Source of the DNA: Mobula hypostoma
Lineage: Eukaryota
Length of the DNA stretch: 64,000 bases
Reading direction: 5' to 3'
Assembly: GCF_963921235.1 (NCBI RefSeq)
Contig: NC_086097.1
Span: 82,214,001-82,278,000, forward strand
A program made the translations under genes and the position numbers. Shown here one piece after another: positions 49,370 through 63,381 of the stretch. The notes under the pieces were generated by a model, which searched no databases, had not been told where the DNA came from, and saw only the letters and a list, made by a program, of their open reading frames with translations. The first letter of the stretch is position 1. Every line of letters starts with the position of its first letter.

Positions 49370-50339
49370 ACCTTCTCACATATCTACGGGTACTATTCCA
49401 GCGCTTTACAATCATTGTACAAGTTATTGATTTGCTACTATTTTTCACTTGTAATATATTGTTTCACACCACAAAAGATGCCAAATCATTTCCATTTAAA
49501 TGAAACAGAAAAACAGCAAACTGAAGGCTTCTGCTATTCAGGCAATAAGCCACTGGAATACTGATATAGCTCTGGGCTGATAAGAGGCCTGGAAATAGAC
49601 CTGATATTAATTTAGCCCTTTTCAAAATCCAATATCCCTTAGCTGAAAGTTTGACCCACAGATGAGTCAGACAACTAAGTGAAATTAATGTTGAAAGACA
49701 GTGTAATAAGACAGAATATTAATGATAATTCTCTGCATCTTCAAAATGAATTAGTCAGATTGCAGAGTTTTGTTTTTCTTTGGACATGCAGTTATACACA
49801 CACAATTTTTTAAAACTATAATTATCTCAACTCCCTTACCTTAAAGGTACTTGTTTATACTGATATTTAATTCCAACCATAACTGTCCAACACTCAGATG
49901 TAGCAATATCACAAATGGCTCATTATAGAATAAGCCAGCTCTCTATCTATAATGTCCAACCAAGCACATTTCCCATCAGGAATCACAAGATGGGTTTTGC
50001 CTAACCAGAAATAGCTTCTATTGACATTCTGCACTTGTAACATCTGAATTTAACAGTAAAATTCCAAAACTGTGCTGCATTTTGACAGGTACAGAGTTTT
50101 TTCCAGAAGTTCTATGCAAGAGATTAAAGGCAGTATTAATTTGGGAAGGAAACTGGAAAAATGGATGAAGAAGTTGCAGAATAATGAGAAATGGTAGTTT
50201 TTATTAGAGGTGTGAAGTGGGGGGAAAACAGATAAAGAGTGTTGTTGATACAAGGATTGGTATTGTTGCCTCTGTACCTACTTACATTCATAACTTGAAT
50301 TTGGAATTTCAATGAATTATCAAACAGTCCCAATGTAAA

Positions 50340-50510
50340 ATACCACAGATGCTGGAAATCTGAAATAAACCCAGAAAATGCGAAATATGTTAAGCAGGCT
50401 GGGTCTGTTTCATTTGGCATTCTGGTAAATGAGACATTAACTCCTTTTCTCTTTCCACAAATGCTGTCTGACCTGCTGAACATTTCTTGACTTTTCTGCT
50501 TTTAGTTTCA
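50340..50510. mobile_element. Head-to-head Penelope terminal-repeat remnant
   Basis: cagatgctggaaatctgaaataaac..aagcagg (reverse) and atgctgtctgacctgctgaacatttc (forward). Confidence 0.65.
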
Positions 50511-50539
50511 ACAAACTCTCATAGGAGGAATGAGAAGAA

Positions 50540-51087
50540 TGCAGTCTGGTCACCCCGCTATCAGAAGGATGTTGAGGCTTTGGAGAGGGTGCAGAAGAGG
50601 TTCACCAGAGTGCTGCCTGGTTTAGAGGACACGTGCAATCATGCAAACTTGGATAAACTTGGGCTGTTTTCTCTGGAGCGTCGGAGGCTGAGGGGAGATC
50701 AGAGAGAGGCTTACAATGTTATGAGAGGCATAGATAATGTGGGCAGAGTGTATCTGTTTCCCAGGGTTGAAACGTCTAATATCAGAGGGCATGTATTGAA
50801 CGTGAGAGGTGTTAGATTCAAAGGGGATGTGAGGGGTAAGTTTTTCACTCAGAGAGTGTTGGATGCCTGGAATGCACTGCCTGTTATGGTGGTAGAAGCA
50901 AACACACAAGAGGATTTAAAGAGACATTTAAATAGGCACATGGATCTAAGGAAGATGGAGGGATATGGACATAGTGTCAGTAGGAGGGATAGTGTTTGGG
51001 TGTTTTGATTTGCTTTTTTGCTGGTTCAGCCCAACATGGTGGGCTGAATAGCATTTCCTGTGCTGTATTGTTCTATGTTCTATGTTT
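50540..51087 (+). mobile_element. CR1 3' fragment
   Basis: ORF 50487-51008 WSPRYQKDVEALERVQKRFTR..FFTQRVLDAWNALP; (TTCTATG)n tail. Confidence 0.9.
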
Positions 51088-52384
51088 AAAGAAACACTTA
51101 GATCTGAGCAATAAGCTCCATTACAAAGTACATGGTTAAAATTTATGGGAAGAAGTGGAAGGTGAAATTTAATTAATGTTGCGTATCAATGCTGAATATG
51201 GTGGAAGGTTAACTCCTCAACATTAATATCTTGCGGATTCAAATGTCATGTTGGAAAATCAAAAACATTGCAGGGCCTTTGCTTCAATGCAATGTTGCAG
51301 AATTTCTCCATTGCCGGATGAGGCTTTCATGGAAGTTGGCATAATCCTGTGCTTTGTTCAAAATGAGCAGCGGTTCGTTTCCCAACCTTTTTCCTTCAGA
51401 AAATGTCATCTTAACAAATGAGTCTTTCAAGTGTTGACTTTCCATAAAGTGGCTGCCCAAAGACAACAATTCGAAAACAGTCCATTTGCTTTGAGATATA
51501 TTGAGAAGATGCCTGAGAATGTGGAAGGCCAACTCTTTCTCGACTCCACGATGTTGTTAGAAAAGCCAAAGACAAAATTTGAAGAGATCTCAGGAGGCTC
51601 AGTTCTGGGCGTGTCCAACAGCATAGTAGCAGCATTCAGTGATGCAACTGATAGCTATGGCATTCAACAGAAAATAAGTCTGAAGAAACATTGCATTAAT
51701 TATTCCATTTTCTGATCAGGTTACACCTGCATTGTTATGTTCGTGATCACCAAGACATTCAAGGCCTGAGACTCTAGGTTGATCTTCAAACTCAGACAAT
51801 TGAGTAATGAGGGATAGTGAAAAAACAGGTGCATTTTGTCCCTGGACACCACTTGTGATGGAACTTTGAGTACTCAACAAATGAACACTAGTTCAGATTA
51901 ATAAAAGGCAAATCATTGACTAATGTCAGTATCTCTCTTTTCTCACACAGATGCATAACAAATAAATAGCCTTCTTGCAAAGAGAATGGAGTCAAGTATC
52001 ACTTCACAAAGACTGAATGCCACAAGGGTGGTCTGAATGCTTTCAGTGGCTGAGTTAGAGTGGGCTGAATGGTTGCCCAGTTCTGGCTTATTCTGTAGCA
52101 CCAGTTTCTCTGGTCTATCTTCATCCTCCACCTTGGAATGTAACAATAACTGTGGAACACCACTGCTGGTTTGACTGAGCTAAGCTAATTCAGGACGGAC
52201 AAGAATCATAGCTGGACCTTCTGCTCTAGTTCTTGTGGGAAATGGGAGGGAATCCTAATGTTTACTTGTTGTAAACTACATGTTGTTGAAAACCACAGCT
52301 GAATGTTTCTAGAAAATCAAGCATCCTGTAGGATTTTCTATGCAATGTAATTTCATATCATGCACTGCTGAGAATCTGATTGTT

Positions 52385-52885
52385 GTTCGAAGGTCAAAGT
52401 ACATTTATTATCAAAGTGTGTATACTATATACAAACTTGTGATCCATCTCCTCACAGGCAGCCAACAAAGGAACCCAATAAAAGAAAACCACCAAACACC
52501 TAATGTGCAGAAAAAAAAAATCATGCAACCAATAAAAGCAAGCAAATAACATTCAGAACTGAAGTTCATGAAAGTGAGTCCACAGACCAGCTCTCACTGC
52601 AGCCAGTTCAGGAGCCTAATAGTTGCAGGCCACAGCCTCAGTTCAACACAGGGGTGAGTAAACCTCGCGGAGCAGCGAGCTGAACACTGGCCCGTCCCTC
52701 GCCTCTGCCCCAACACCTTGACCTTTTCAATCTGGCCCAGTACTTGGATCATCTACACCTCATGTCATTCCTCTCCCTCTCAGACTCAGGCCCTTCTGCT
52801 TCAATGCACTCTCAGCCTGGGCCCCACCACCTCTACTCAACCCAAACCCAATCTTTGAAAATCGGCCCAGCGCTTAACTCAGTCA
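52385..52885 (-). mobile_element. Non-autonomous element with Rex-type 3' end
   Basis: gttcgaaggtcaaagtacatttattatcaaagt start resembles 10165-10200 and 38645-38675. Confidence 0.55.
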
Positions 52886-53644
52886 TTGCAGTTTCAACCT
52901 AGTGAGCAAAGTCTTTCAGACTTCTTCCTGCAGTTAACTCCCACTGAAAGAAAAATTGTGTTGCTGTGGATGCTTCTGAACTAATGTTAGTTAGGGCCTT
53001 GCATGAAGGGGAGAATTGTAAGGATGAATGTGCTGAACTGTTCTTGTTCCACACATTATGTTGTTTATAGCTCTGTGACTCATTTCTAAGGCAACAGTTT
53101 GTTTGGCGGAGATGTTGGGTTCCATAACTGAGGCCTTCTTTCCATTCGAATAGATGTATGATTAAAGTGAGGAATAAGAGGATTACAGGGAGCCTGAGGA
53201 AATAAAATTTTACCCTGAGAATGGTTGTATTCTGGAATATGCTGCTTGAGAAGATGATGGTTCCCTAATAATATTTAAAAGAATATGGAAGGATACTTCA
53301 GTCACCAAGACATAGAAGGCTATGAACACAATGCTGATAAAAGGGATTAGTATAGCTGGATAGTTGGTGATTGGCTGGTGTGCTGAAGAACTAGTTTCTG
53401 TGCTGTATAGTTTCTGTGGTTGTATAAAAGGTTCTATGGCCTAATTTGAAGAGCAAGGGGCCATCCCTTGTATCACATTGCATTTTGTTGGATCTTACTA
53501 TCCACAAACCAGCTGTCCAGTTTTATACATTACTAAAATACTTAATCAGCAGTCAATTGCTTTGGGCTGTTTTAAGACTGCTGGAGATCTAACAGAAAAG
53601 TTAGTTTTTGTTCTCTTTTCCTGGTGACTCCATAGGAATTGAAT

Positions 53645-54915
53645 CAATGGGGAGGGAGACAGAAAATCTGTTTGAATTGAATAGTGCCACACAACCTCTC
53701 ATTCCGTGTCAGCAGAACCAAAGAGCTGGTTATTGACCACAGGTGGAAGAAGCTGGAGGTCCACGAGCTAGTCCTGATTAGAGGATCGGTGGTCAACAGG
53801 TTCAGTGGTTGTAAATTCCTCTGTATTGACATATCAGACATCTGTCCTGGGACCAGCACATAAGTGTCATCACAAAGAATGCACCACAGCACCTCACTTT
53901 TCTGAGAGGTTTCCATTGATATGGCATCTCATGATCATCATCATTGTGTGCCGAGTTGTATGACGTGGGTGATCATAGTCCATCCATGACCATAATTGTT
54001 CTTGGCAGCTTTCCCTACTGAAGTGCTTTACCATTGCCTTCTTCTGCAGCAGTGTCTTTACAAGACAGGTGACCCCAGCCATTATCAATACTCTTCAGAG
54101 GTTTCTGCCTGGCCTTAGTGGTGGCATAACCAGGTCGTTATATGCACCAGCTGTTCCTACGACCAGCTGCTCCCATGGCTTCACGTGACCCTGATCGGGG
54201 GACGAAGCAAGTGCTACACCTTGCCCAAGGGTGATCTGCAGGCTGGCGGAAGGAAGGAGCGACGTACACTTCCTTTGGTAGAGATGTATCTCCACTCTGC
54301 CACACATCCAGTATGTCACCAAAAACTTCGACAAATGTCTATAGACGCTCAGTGGAGCGTATCCTAACTGGTTGCATCATGGGCTGGTGTGGAAACAACA
54401 ATGATCAGGAATGGAAAAGGATGCAGAAAGTGCTGGATTTTTACCCATTTCATTGTAGGCAAAGCCTCCTCCACTATCGAGTACATTTACCTGGAGTGCT
54501 GCCACAAGAAAGCAGCATCCACTATCAGAGACTCCCATCTTCGAGCCCATGGCTTTGCTCATTACCACCATTGGGCAGGAGGTACAGAAGCCTTAGGTCC
54601 CACACCACCCGTCTCAGGAACAGTGTTTATCTTACAAGCATCAGACTCCTGACGGCATGGATAACTTCAATCACTACTACTCTCAACCGATCCGATACCT
54701 TTGAATGGAGTAATGACTGGTATTCGTAGTGTTATTTTTGTTTTATTTGGACAGTTTGTCTTTGATTGCCCATTGGTTGTTTGTCAGTCTTTGTTTGTAT
54801 ACAGTATAGTTTTTCATAAAATTATCTTATTTCACTTTTCCTGAAAATGAATCTCGAGGTAGTTTAAGGTAACAAATTAGTACTTCGATAAAAAATTTAC
54901 TTTCAACTTTGAACT
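53645..54915 (+). mobile_element. Rex1/Babar LINE 3' fragment interrupted by a SINE-like element
   Basis: MSPKTSTNVYRRSVERILTGCIMGWCGN..TTRLRNS (54313-54729); tail actttcaactttgaact. Confidence 0.85.
53931..54305 (-). mobile_element. Second copy of the (ATG)n-tailed SINE-like element
   Basis: Homologous to 49005-49369 end to end. Confidence 0.8.
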
Positions 54916-55725
54916 TAGTGATTTACTGTGATCAAAAGTACCAAATAATTGCTTTATTAGTTACAGTTGATGCATGATTCAAAAAGGCAGGCAGAAGTGA
55001 AATGAATAGGAAAAGAAAATTTCAAAAATGATTCATTTCAAACCAATTATGTGTCAGGAGAACAAAACCAGACATGAAAGCTGATTTTCCTTTGTATTTT
55101 CATCACAAATTATGTTATATTTTTACAGTATGTCTTAAAACAACCTTGTTACTTTGCTTGAAGATTTCCCTTGATATGAGCTACCAATGTATGAGATACT
55201 AATTTGATAGATTAGTAATTAAGGTCCTTACTTAGGGATAAGCTCATCAGGCAAAATATGAAAAGGGTATACTAGGTAAAAGTTAACCTGCAGGAGCTAC
55301 TGACAGGAATGTCTACTCAGAGGCATTCAGAAACGAAGCTGAGTCTAAGACCCATATTTTCCTGTAATGGTAAAGGCTTTACCTGTGATGGAGTGGGCCA
55401 TATCCACTACTTTTTTGTAGGAGTTTCCGTTCAAAGATATTGGTGTTTCCATACCAGGCTGTGATGGAACCAGGCCGTATAGTCTCCAATGAACATCTAT
55501 AGAAGTTTGTCAGAGTTTTAGATGACATGCCAAATCTTTGCAAACTTCGAAGAAAGTAGAAGTACTGCTGTGGCTTCTTTGTAATATCACCTATTTGCTG
55601 GACCCCAGACAGATCCTCCAAAATGATAATGCCAAGGGAGGTAGAGTTGCTGGTCCTTTCCACTTCTGATTCCTTGATAAGGACTGGCTCATGGACCTCC
55701 TGCTTCCTCCTTCTGCAGTCAATAA

Positions 55726-57221
55726 CATGTCATTTACCCAGCTACGCCTGCCTCTTCGTTGGGTATGTGGAACAGTCTGTGCCCCAAACCTCTTCTGGTA
55801 CTGCTCCCCAACTTTTCCTTCGGTACATTGATGACGACATTGGTGCTGCTTCCTGCACCCATGCTGAGCTCGTCAATTTCATCGACTTTACTTCAAACTT
55901 CCACCCAGCCCTCAAATTCACTTGGTCTATCTCAGATACTTCTCTCCCCATTCTCGATGTCTCGGTCTCTATCTCTGGAGACAGAGTGTCCACTGACATC
56001 TTCTGCAAACCCACTGACTCTCATAACTACCTCGACTAAACCTCTTCCCACCCCACCACATGCAAAAATGCCATTCCCTATTCCCAGTTCCTCCGTCTCT
56101 GCCGCATCTGCTCCTAGGATGAGGCTTTCCGTTCCAGGACATCTCAAATGACCTCTTTCTTTAAGGATCGTGGTTTCCTTTCTACCGTCATCAATGATGC
56201 CCTCACCCGCATCTCCTCCATTTCCTGCACTTCGGCCCTCACCCCATTCTCCCGCAACCACAACAAGGACAGAGTTCCCCTTGTCCTCACCTACCACCCC
56301 ACCATTCTCCAGATCCAGCACATTATCCTCCGCAACTTCCGCCACCTTCAACAGGACCCCACCACTAAGCACATCTTTCCCTCTCCACTCCTCTCCGCTT
56401 TCTGCAGGGATCGGTCCCTCCGCGACTTCCTTATCCACACGTCCATCCCCACGGATCTCCCACCCGGCACTTATCCCTGTAAGCGCAAGTGCTACACCTG
56501 TCCCTACACCTCAACTCTTGCAACCATTCAGGGCCCCAAACAGTCCTTCCAGGTGAGACAACACTTCACTTATGAGTCTGTTGGGGTCATCTATTGCATC
56601 CGGTGCTCCCGGTGCGGCCTCCTCTACATCAGTGAAACCCAACGTAGATTGGGGGACCGCTTCGTCGAGCACCTCCACTCCGTCCGTCACAACAGACAGG
56701 ATCTCCCGGTAGCCACCCACTTTAACTCTGCTTCCCTTTCCCATTCGGATATGTCCATACATGGCCTCCACTACTGCCATGATGAGGCTAAACTCAGGTT
56801 GGAGGAGCAACACCTCATATACTGTCTAGGTAGTCTCCAGCCCCTTGGTATGAACATAGAATTCTCCAACTTCCGGTAATTCCCTCCCCCTCCCTTCCTC
56901 AATCCCTATTTCACTCTGCCCCCTCCCCCAGCTCCCTCATGGTTCCGCCTCCTTCTTCTACTACCCATTGTTTTCCTGCCTATGACGTCGATGCTTCCCC
57001 TCCCCCACCCCTTTATCTTTCAAATTACTGGTCTTTCAACTGAACCTACAAGCATTCTTCAAATCCTTCCTCCTCCTTCATTCTTCAGTCCTAATGGAGG
57101 GTTCCGGCTCGAAACGTCGACTCACCATCTTTTCCACTGATGCTGCCCGACCTGCTGAGTTCCTCCAGCGTACTGTAAGTGTTGCTTTGATCCCAGCATC
57201 TGCAGATTATTTTGTGTTTAT
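55726..57221 (+). mobile_element. Penelope-like element, 5'-truncated (RT C-terminus, GIY-YIG endonuclease, terminal repeat)
   Basis: FLRYIDD (55623-56039); GVIYCIRCSRCGLLYISET..RFVEH..LEEQHLI..PLGMN (56148-56879); 8-bp TSD GTCAATAA at 55718-25 and 57222-29. Confidence 0.95.
57087..57122 (+). ncRNA. Minimal hammerhead ribozyme motif with mutated core
   Basis: AGTC-CTAATGG-AGGGTTCCGGCTC-GAAAC-GTC-GACT: stem I and GAAAC/GUC intact, CUGAUGA box has two substitutions. Confidence 0.6.
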
Positions 57222-58047
57222 GTCAATAATATGTCTTTGGTTTTGCTGACATTTAGTGAGAATTTATTGTTGTGGCCTGATTCAGGTGGATTTTCAATCT
57301 CTCTCCTATATGCTGATTCATCAATTCCTTTGATTCGGCCAACGACAGTGGTCTCAACTGCAAACTTAAATATGGGATTGGATATGTGCTTAGCCTCATG
57401 GGCATGTGTAAAGCAAGTAGAGCACAGGCTCAGCACACAACCTGTGCTGATAGTGATTGTGGAGGTGATGTTGTTGTCAATCTGAACGGACTGGTGTCTG
57501 CAAGTGGGGAAATCAAGGATCTAGTTGCACAAGGAGGTATGGAGGCCTATGTTTTGGAACTTATTGATTAGTTTTGAGGGGATGATAGTATTGAATGTAG
57601 TCAATGAAATGCATCCTGATGTATGCATCTTCACTGTCCAGATGTTCCAGGGTTGAGTGAAGAGCCAATGCAATGGCAGCTACTGCAGACTTGTTGTGAT
57701 GGTAGGCAAATTGGAGTGAATCCAAGTCACCTCCCAGGAAGGAGTTGATGTGTTTCATCACCAACCTCTCAAAGCACTTCATCATATTTGACGTACGTGT
57801 TACTAAACAGTCATTGAGGCAAGTTGCCATGTTCTTCTTAGGCTCTGGTATAATTGAAGCCTGCTTGAAGCAAGTGGGTACCACTCACTGGTGAAGTGAG
57901 AAGGTAAAGATCTCAGTGAACACTCCAGCTGGTTGATCAGCGCCGGTCTTCGGTACTCAGCCAAGTACCCCGACTGGGCCAGATGCTTTCCGTGGGTTCA
58001 CCCTTCTGAAGGATACTCTTATGTCATCCTCAGAGACAGATATCACA

Positions 58048-58677
58048 TGTACGGGATCTTTCTTTTTTGTATGTTAAATTTAAAATGGCTTCTTTGTTAT
58101 GTTATACTGGGGAATGCTTCTTTGTTATGTTAAATGCTGAGAAAGTCTCTTGCTCGACATTTGCTTGGGCTAATACAGATAGCAGGGTGCTATCAGCCAA
58201 TGGGTGGTCATGTATCGTTTTGTTTTCGGATGATAATGCTGTCTCATATGACTGGGGACGGGGTTTTTGGCGGGGAGTCGGAGGAGAGACGGGGAGTTGG
58301 AGGAGAGACGGGGAGGACGGCGGACGTACGGAAAAGCTCCGGTTGATCATTCCGGGTGGTCCCGAGCCGTGAGTCGACAGGATTCGGGTGGTCGTCCGGA
58401 TTCGATTGAGCTCCAACAGTTGCGCACGAAGAACTTGGACTTTGATAAGTCTTGGCGCCTTTTTTTCATTATTTCCTTTTCTGTATCGAATTTATATTAA
58501 TGTCATAGACTTAGTAATATCTATAAAGTGTACTTGGTAAAACGTACTGGGTGTGCTGGCTGATGATTAATGTTTGGGATTGAGTCGGGCGGCAACCGAC
58601 TCCGTGGGAAGTGTTGAGGCAGGTGCTGGGTGGGATTTGCCCTAGACATATATGAGCCAATATAACTGAGCGTTACA
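58048..58677 (+). mobile_element. Solo LTR (630 bp), young
   Basis: TGTA...TACA ends; perfect CACA TSD (58044-47, 58678-81); CpG-rich; interrupts Rex1. Confidence 0.9.
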
Positions 58678-59620
58678 CACAGAATCATTGGGAGCTGTTG
58701 GTGTTTGTGAAGGTGCCTCCATATTTAGTTAGTCAAAGTGAGCAGAAAAGGCATTGAGCTCATCAGGGAGTGAAATCTTGTTGTTACATATGTCGTTTGG
58801 TTTTACTTTGTAGGAGATGATAGCATTCAAGCCTTGCCACGGCTTCTAGCATCCTTCTGTAATTCCAGTTTGGTCTAGAATTGCCACTTTGCATGTGAGA
58901 AGGCTTTCCAGAAGTTGTACCCGTACATCTTGCATTTTACTGGGTCACCAGACCTGAATGACACTGATCTGGCCCTCAGCAGATTACGGATCTCTTTTGT
59001 CATCCAGGACTTCTAGCTGAGGAAGATTTTAAATGATTTTGTAGGATCCCACTTGTCCACGACTGACATGAAGTCTGTTATAGCTGTGGCATGTTCGTTC
59101 AGATCCTTTGATGAGTCCTCGAATGTGGCCCAGTTCACTGACTCGAAGCAATCTGCAGCTACTGCTCTGCCTCCTGTGACCACCTCTTTGTTGTCCTTAC
59201 TCTTTAGACTCTCCCTGTATGCAGGTGAGACAATCAGATTTCCCAAAGTGCGATCTAGGGATGGAATGGTAGGCATTCCTAGTGTAGCAGTGGTCAAGTA
59301 TGTTGGGGCCCCTGGTGCTGCAGCTGACATGTTCAAAGGTTCAGTTTAATATCAGAGAATGTATACAGTATACAACCTGAAATCCTTATTCTTCGCAGAC
59401 ATCCATGAAGATGTTGATGATAATTGGGCGGAGATTTCTTCAAGCAAGCCTGATTAAAATCCCTGGCAATGATTTGAGAAGTGTCAGGGTAGGCTGCTTC
59501 TTGTTTAGTAATCACAGCACACAACATATTGAGTGCTTGCTTAACATTGGCCTTTGGCGGTATGTAAACTGCAGTCAAGATCACAGAGGAGAATTCTCTC
59601 GGTAAATACAATGAACAGCA

Positions 59621-60038
59621 ATGGTTGAGTGAACTTGGCCTTTTCTCCTTGGAGTGACGGAGGATGAGAGGTGATCTGATAGAGGTGTATAAGATGATGA
59701 GAGGTACTGATCGTGTGGATAACCAGAGGCTTTTTTCCCAGGATTGAAATGGCTAACACGAGGAGACATAGTTTTAAGGTGCTTGGAAGTAGGTACAAGG
59801 GGGATGTCAGAGGTAAGTTTTTCACACAGAGTGTGGTGTGTGCGTGGAAAATGCACTGCCAGCGAAGGTGGTAGAGGCAGATACAATAGGGTCTTTTAAG
59901 AGACTCTTAGATAGGTACATGGAGCTTAGAAAAATAGAGGGCTATGCGCTAGGGAAATTCTAGGCAGTTTCTAGAGTAGGTTACATGGTCGGCACAACAT
60001 TGTGGACTGTAGATTTCTATGTTGTTATGTTTCTATGT
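59621..60038 (+). mobile_element. CR1 3' fragment inserted in Rex1
   Basis: CR1 ORF2 end and 3' UTR; flanked by AACAGCA / AACAGTA (59614-20, 60039-45). Confidence 0.85.
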
Positions 60039-61086
60039 AACAGTACTTTATCATTAGATTTTCCAGGTCAGGAGGACAAGTGCGACAAGACTCCTATGTA
60101 CAAGCACCATAAGGAGGTTATCATGAAACACAGACCCCCACCTTTTCCCCTCTTTGAATTAGCAGTCCAACCCATCTGGTGGACTGAGAAGTCTTCTGGT
60201 CTGACCACATTATCTGGCATACCTGAGATGAGCCATGTCACCGTGAAATAGAGAATGCAGCAATCCTTCATTTCCCCCGATGCAGCAATCTTGTCCTTAG
60301 ATTCTCTATCTTGTTCTCCAGTGACTATACATTTGCTAACAAGATAATGGGTAAAGGAAGTTCTACACCATGCCATTCTTGTCTGGATTGGCGTTCTCCC
60401 CTTCTTCCTCTCTTCCAGTCATGGCGTTGTATCTTCATCTGCTTAAAGCTGCCATACCTGTATTTCTGAGAGTTGCATCCACTCTGTGCTTCGGGATACC
60501 ATAAAATTTCTAGTTCATTAAGACATCTTAAAAGTATGTTAATTAAAGGGAAATTATAGGCTGTAGATTGCAGAGAAAGTAACTCAGAAGAAGTACAGTA
60601 TATCTGGAAGTTTTATGATCACCCTGCAAAGCGTCACCATGTATTGCCAGTGCCATCTTGTACCATACCATAAGCAGGCTAATTAAGTTGCTTTCAATTC
60701 CATGAGCTTCAACTGCCTTTAATAAGGAATTTTACCAAATGTCTTCGAGAAGTTTGCATAAAGAAAGTCTCATCCATTGAACCTCTTTAAACCAAAAAGT
60801 TATCACTTGATCTTCACAATTCCATGCAGATTCTCTTTACTTAAGTGAAACTATTCAAGTTTTTTTTTGTCATTTTAATCTTATTCAAAGATTTGATTGA
60901 CCAAAGCAAACATGAAGCTTATGGCTATGCAATTCCCTGATATCCCTTTCCCATCTTTTTAAAACAGCGAAGTGACATACATTATTCTCCATTCTAAAGG
61001 AATGATTCCTAAGCAAGAGGACTTTTGAAAATTTTGGACTGTTCCCATCTACTTTTAAATCTTAGAGATGAAATACAACTGGTTTT

Positions 61087-63050
61087 AGACCATAAGATCA
61101 TAAGACATAGGAGCAGAATTAGGCCATCTAGCCCATCGAGTCTGCTCTGCCATTCAATCATAGCTGATCCTTTTTTCTCTTCTCCTCTCCCCATAACCTT
61201 TGATGCCATGTCCAATCAAGAACGTATCAATCTTTGCCTTAGATACACCCAACGACCTGGCCTCCACAGCTGCATGTGGTAACAAATTCCACAAATTCTC
61301 CACCCTCTGGCTGAAGAAATTTCTCCACATCTCTGTTTTGAAAGGGCGCCTCTCTATCCTGAGGCTGTGCCCTCTTGTCCTAGACTCTCCCACCATGAAA
61401 AACATTCTTTCCACATCCACTCCATCCTTCTGAATTCCAGCAAGTACAGACCTAGAGCCATCAAACATTCCTCGTATGATAACCCTTTCATTCCTAGAAT
61501 CATCCTTGTGAACCTCCTCTGGACCCTCTCCAGTGCCAGCACATCTTTTCTAAGATGAGGGGCCCAAAACTGTTCACAATACTCAAGGTGAGGCCTCACC
61601 AGTGCCTTATAAAGCCTCAGCATCACATCCTTGCTCTTGTATTCTAGACTTTTGAAATTAATGTTAACATGGCATTTGCCTTCCTCACCACCAACACAAC
61701 CTGCAAGTTAATCTTTAGGGTGTTCTGCACGAGGACTCCCAAGTCCCTTTGCAACTCAGCTTTTTGGATTTTCTCCTGTTTAGAAAATAGTCCACACATT
61801 TATTTCTACTGCTAAAGTGCATGACCATGCATTTTCCAACATTATACTTCACTTGCCACTTTCTTGCCCATTCTCCTAATCTGTCTAAATCCTTCTGCAT
61901 CCTACCTGTTTCCTCAACACTACCTGCCCCTCCACCAATCTTCGTACCATCTGCAAACTTGGCAACAAAACCATCTATTCCATCATCTATATCATTGATA
62001 TACAGCATAAAAAGAAGTGGTCCCAACACCGACACCTGCGGAACACCACTAGTCACCGGCAGCCAACCAGAAAAGGATATTTCTATTCCCACTCACTGCC
62101 TCCTACCAATCAACCAATGCTCTAACCATGTTAGTAACTTTCCTGTAATACCATGGGCTCTTAACTTGGTAAGCAGCCTTATGTGTGGCATCTTGTCAAA
62201 GGCCTTCTGAAAGTCCAAATATACAACATCCACTACATCCCCTTTATCTATCCTATTTGTAATCTCCTCAAAGAATTCCAACAGGTTCATCAAGCAGGAT
62301 TTTCGCTGATGGAAACTATGCTGACTTTGTACCATCTGGTCCTGTGTCACCAAGTACTCCATCACCTCAGCCTTAACAGTGGACTCTAACATCTTCCCAA
62401 CCACTGAGGTCAGGCTAACTGGTCTATAGTTTTCTTTCTGCTGCCTTTCTCCTTTCTTAAAAAGTGATATGACATTTGCAATTTTCCAGTCCTCTGGCAC
62501 CATGCTAGAGTCCAATGATTTTTGCAAGATTATTTCTAATGCCACCACAATCTCTAACGCTACCTCTTTCAGAACCATAGGGTGCAGTTCATCTGGTCCA
62601 GGTGACTTATGTACCTTTAGGTCTTTCAGCTTTTTGAGCACCTTCTCTCTTGTAACAGTAACAGTACCCACTTCTCTTTCTTCACACACTACAACATCCA
62701 ACATACTGCTCGTGTCTTCCACAGAGAAGACTGATGCAAAATACTCATTTAGTTCATCAGCTATCTCCTTGTCCCCCATTATTATTTCTCCTGCCTATAT
62801 CCACTCTCATTTGTCTTTTATTTTTATCATACTTGAAAAAACTTTTACTATCCACTTTGATATTATTTTCTAGCTTGCATTTATATTTCATCTTTTCCCT
62901 TCTAATGACTTTTTTCGTTGCTCTCTGTAGGTTTTTAAAAACTTCCCAATCCTCTGTCTTCCCACTAATTTTTGCTTTGTTGTATGCCCTTTTTTTTGGC
63001 TTTTACAATAGCTTTGACTTCCCCTGTTGGCCAAAGTTGTACTACTTCGT
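61087..63050 (-). mobile_element. 5'-truncated CR1 (same subfamily as 2381-6801), flanked by older CR1-like remnants
   Basis: ORFs 62093-62779, 61715-62092, 61354-61626 (NYRPVSLTS, LDFQKAFD, KFADGTK, RPHLEYC); tail cataagatcataagac. Confidence 0.92.
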
Positions 63051-63381
63051 CTGTTTTGCCAGTCTTTAGTTCTTCATTACCGCTATTTTCTATCACTGTT
63101 TAGCATATGATCTTACTTATTATAAATGGTAATTACTCTGTCAAAGAATAATTGATCAAAGTGTCCAGCATTTCCTAACTTCCTTTTAACATATCTGTTT
63201 GCATTTCCAATGGCACCGTGTTTCTCCTGACCATGTTTTCTTTGTGAAACTCTGAATATTTTCTGTTGATTTTGCTTTTGTAAATTTCACTGCATGTTCC
63301 CATATGCTTCCTCTAATTATATTTTGTTATTAACAACATTCATTTGTGTCAGTGCCATTTTTAATATTTTCACGTTATTCA

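Larger units (their letters stand above)
55340..60660 (-). mobile_element. Near full-length Rex1/Babar LINE carrying Penelope, LTR and CR1 insertions
   Basis: YLPREFSSVILTAVYIPP (59333-59611), VPTCFKQASIIP..MKCFERLV..LQFAY (57561-57884), NFYRCSLE (55379-55663); CAAGATGGC at the 5' end. Confidence 0.88.

Noticed and set aside
51431..51715. 94-aa ORF with protein-like composition
   Set aside because: GTG start, no recognisable domain, the nearby acceptor (~51400) hits stops in all frames, and no convincing donor
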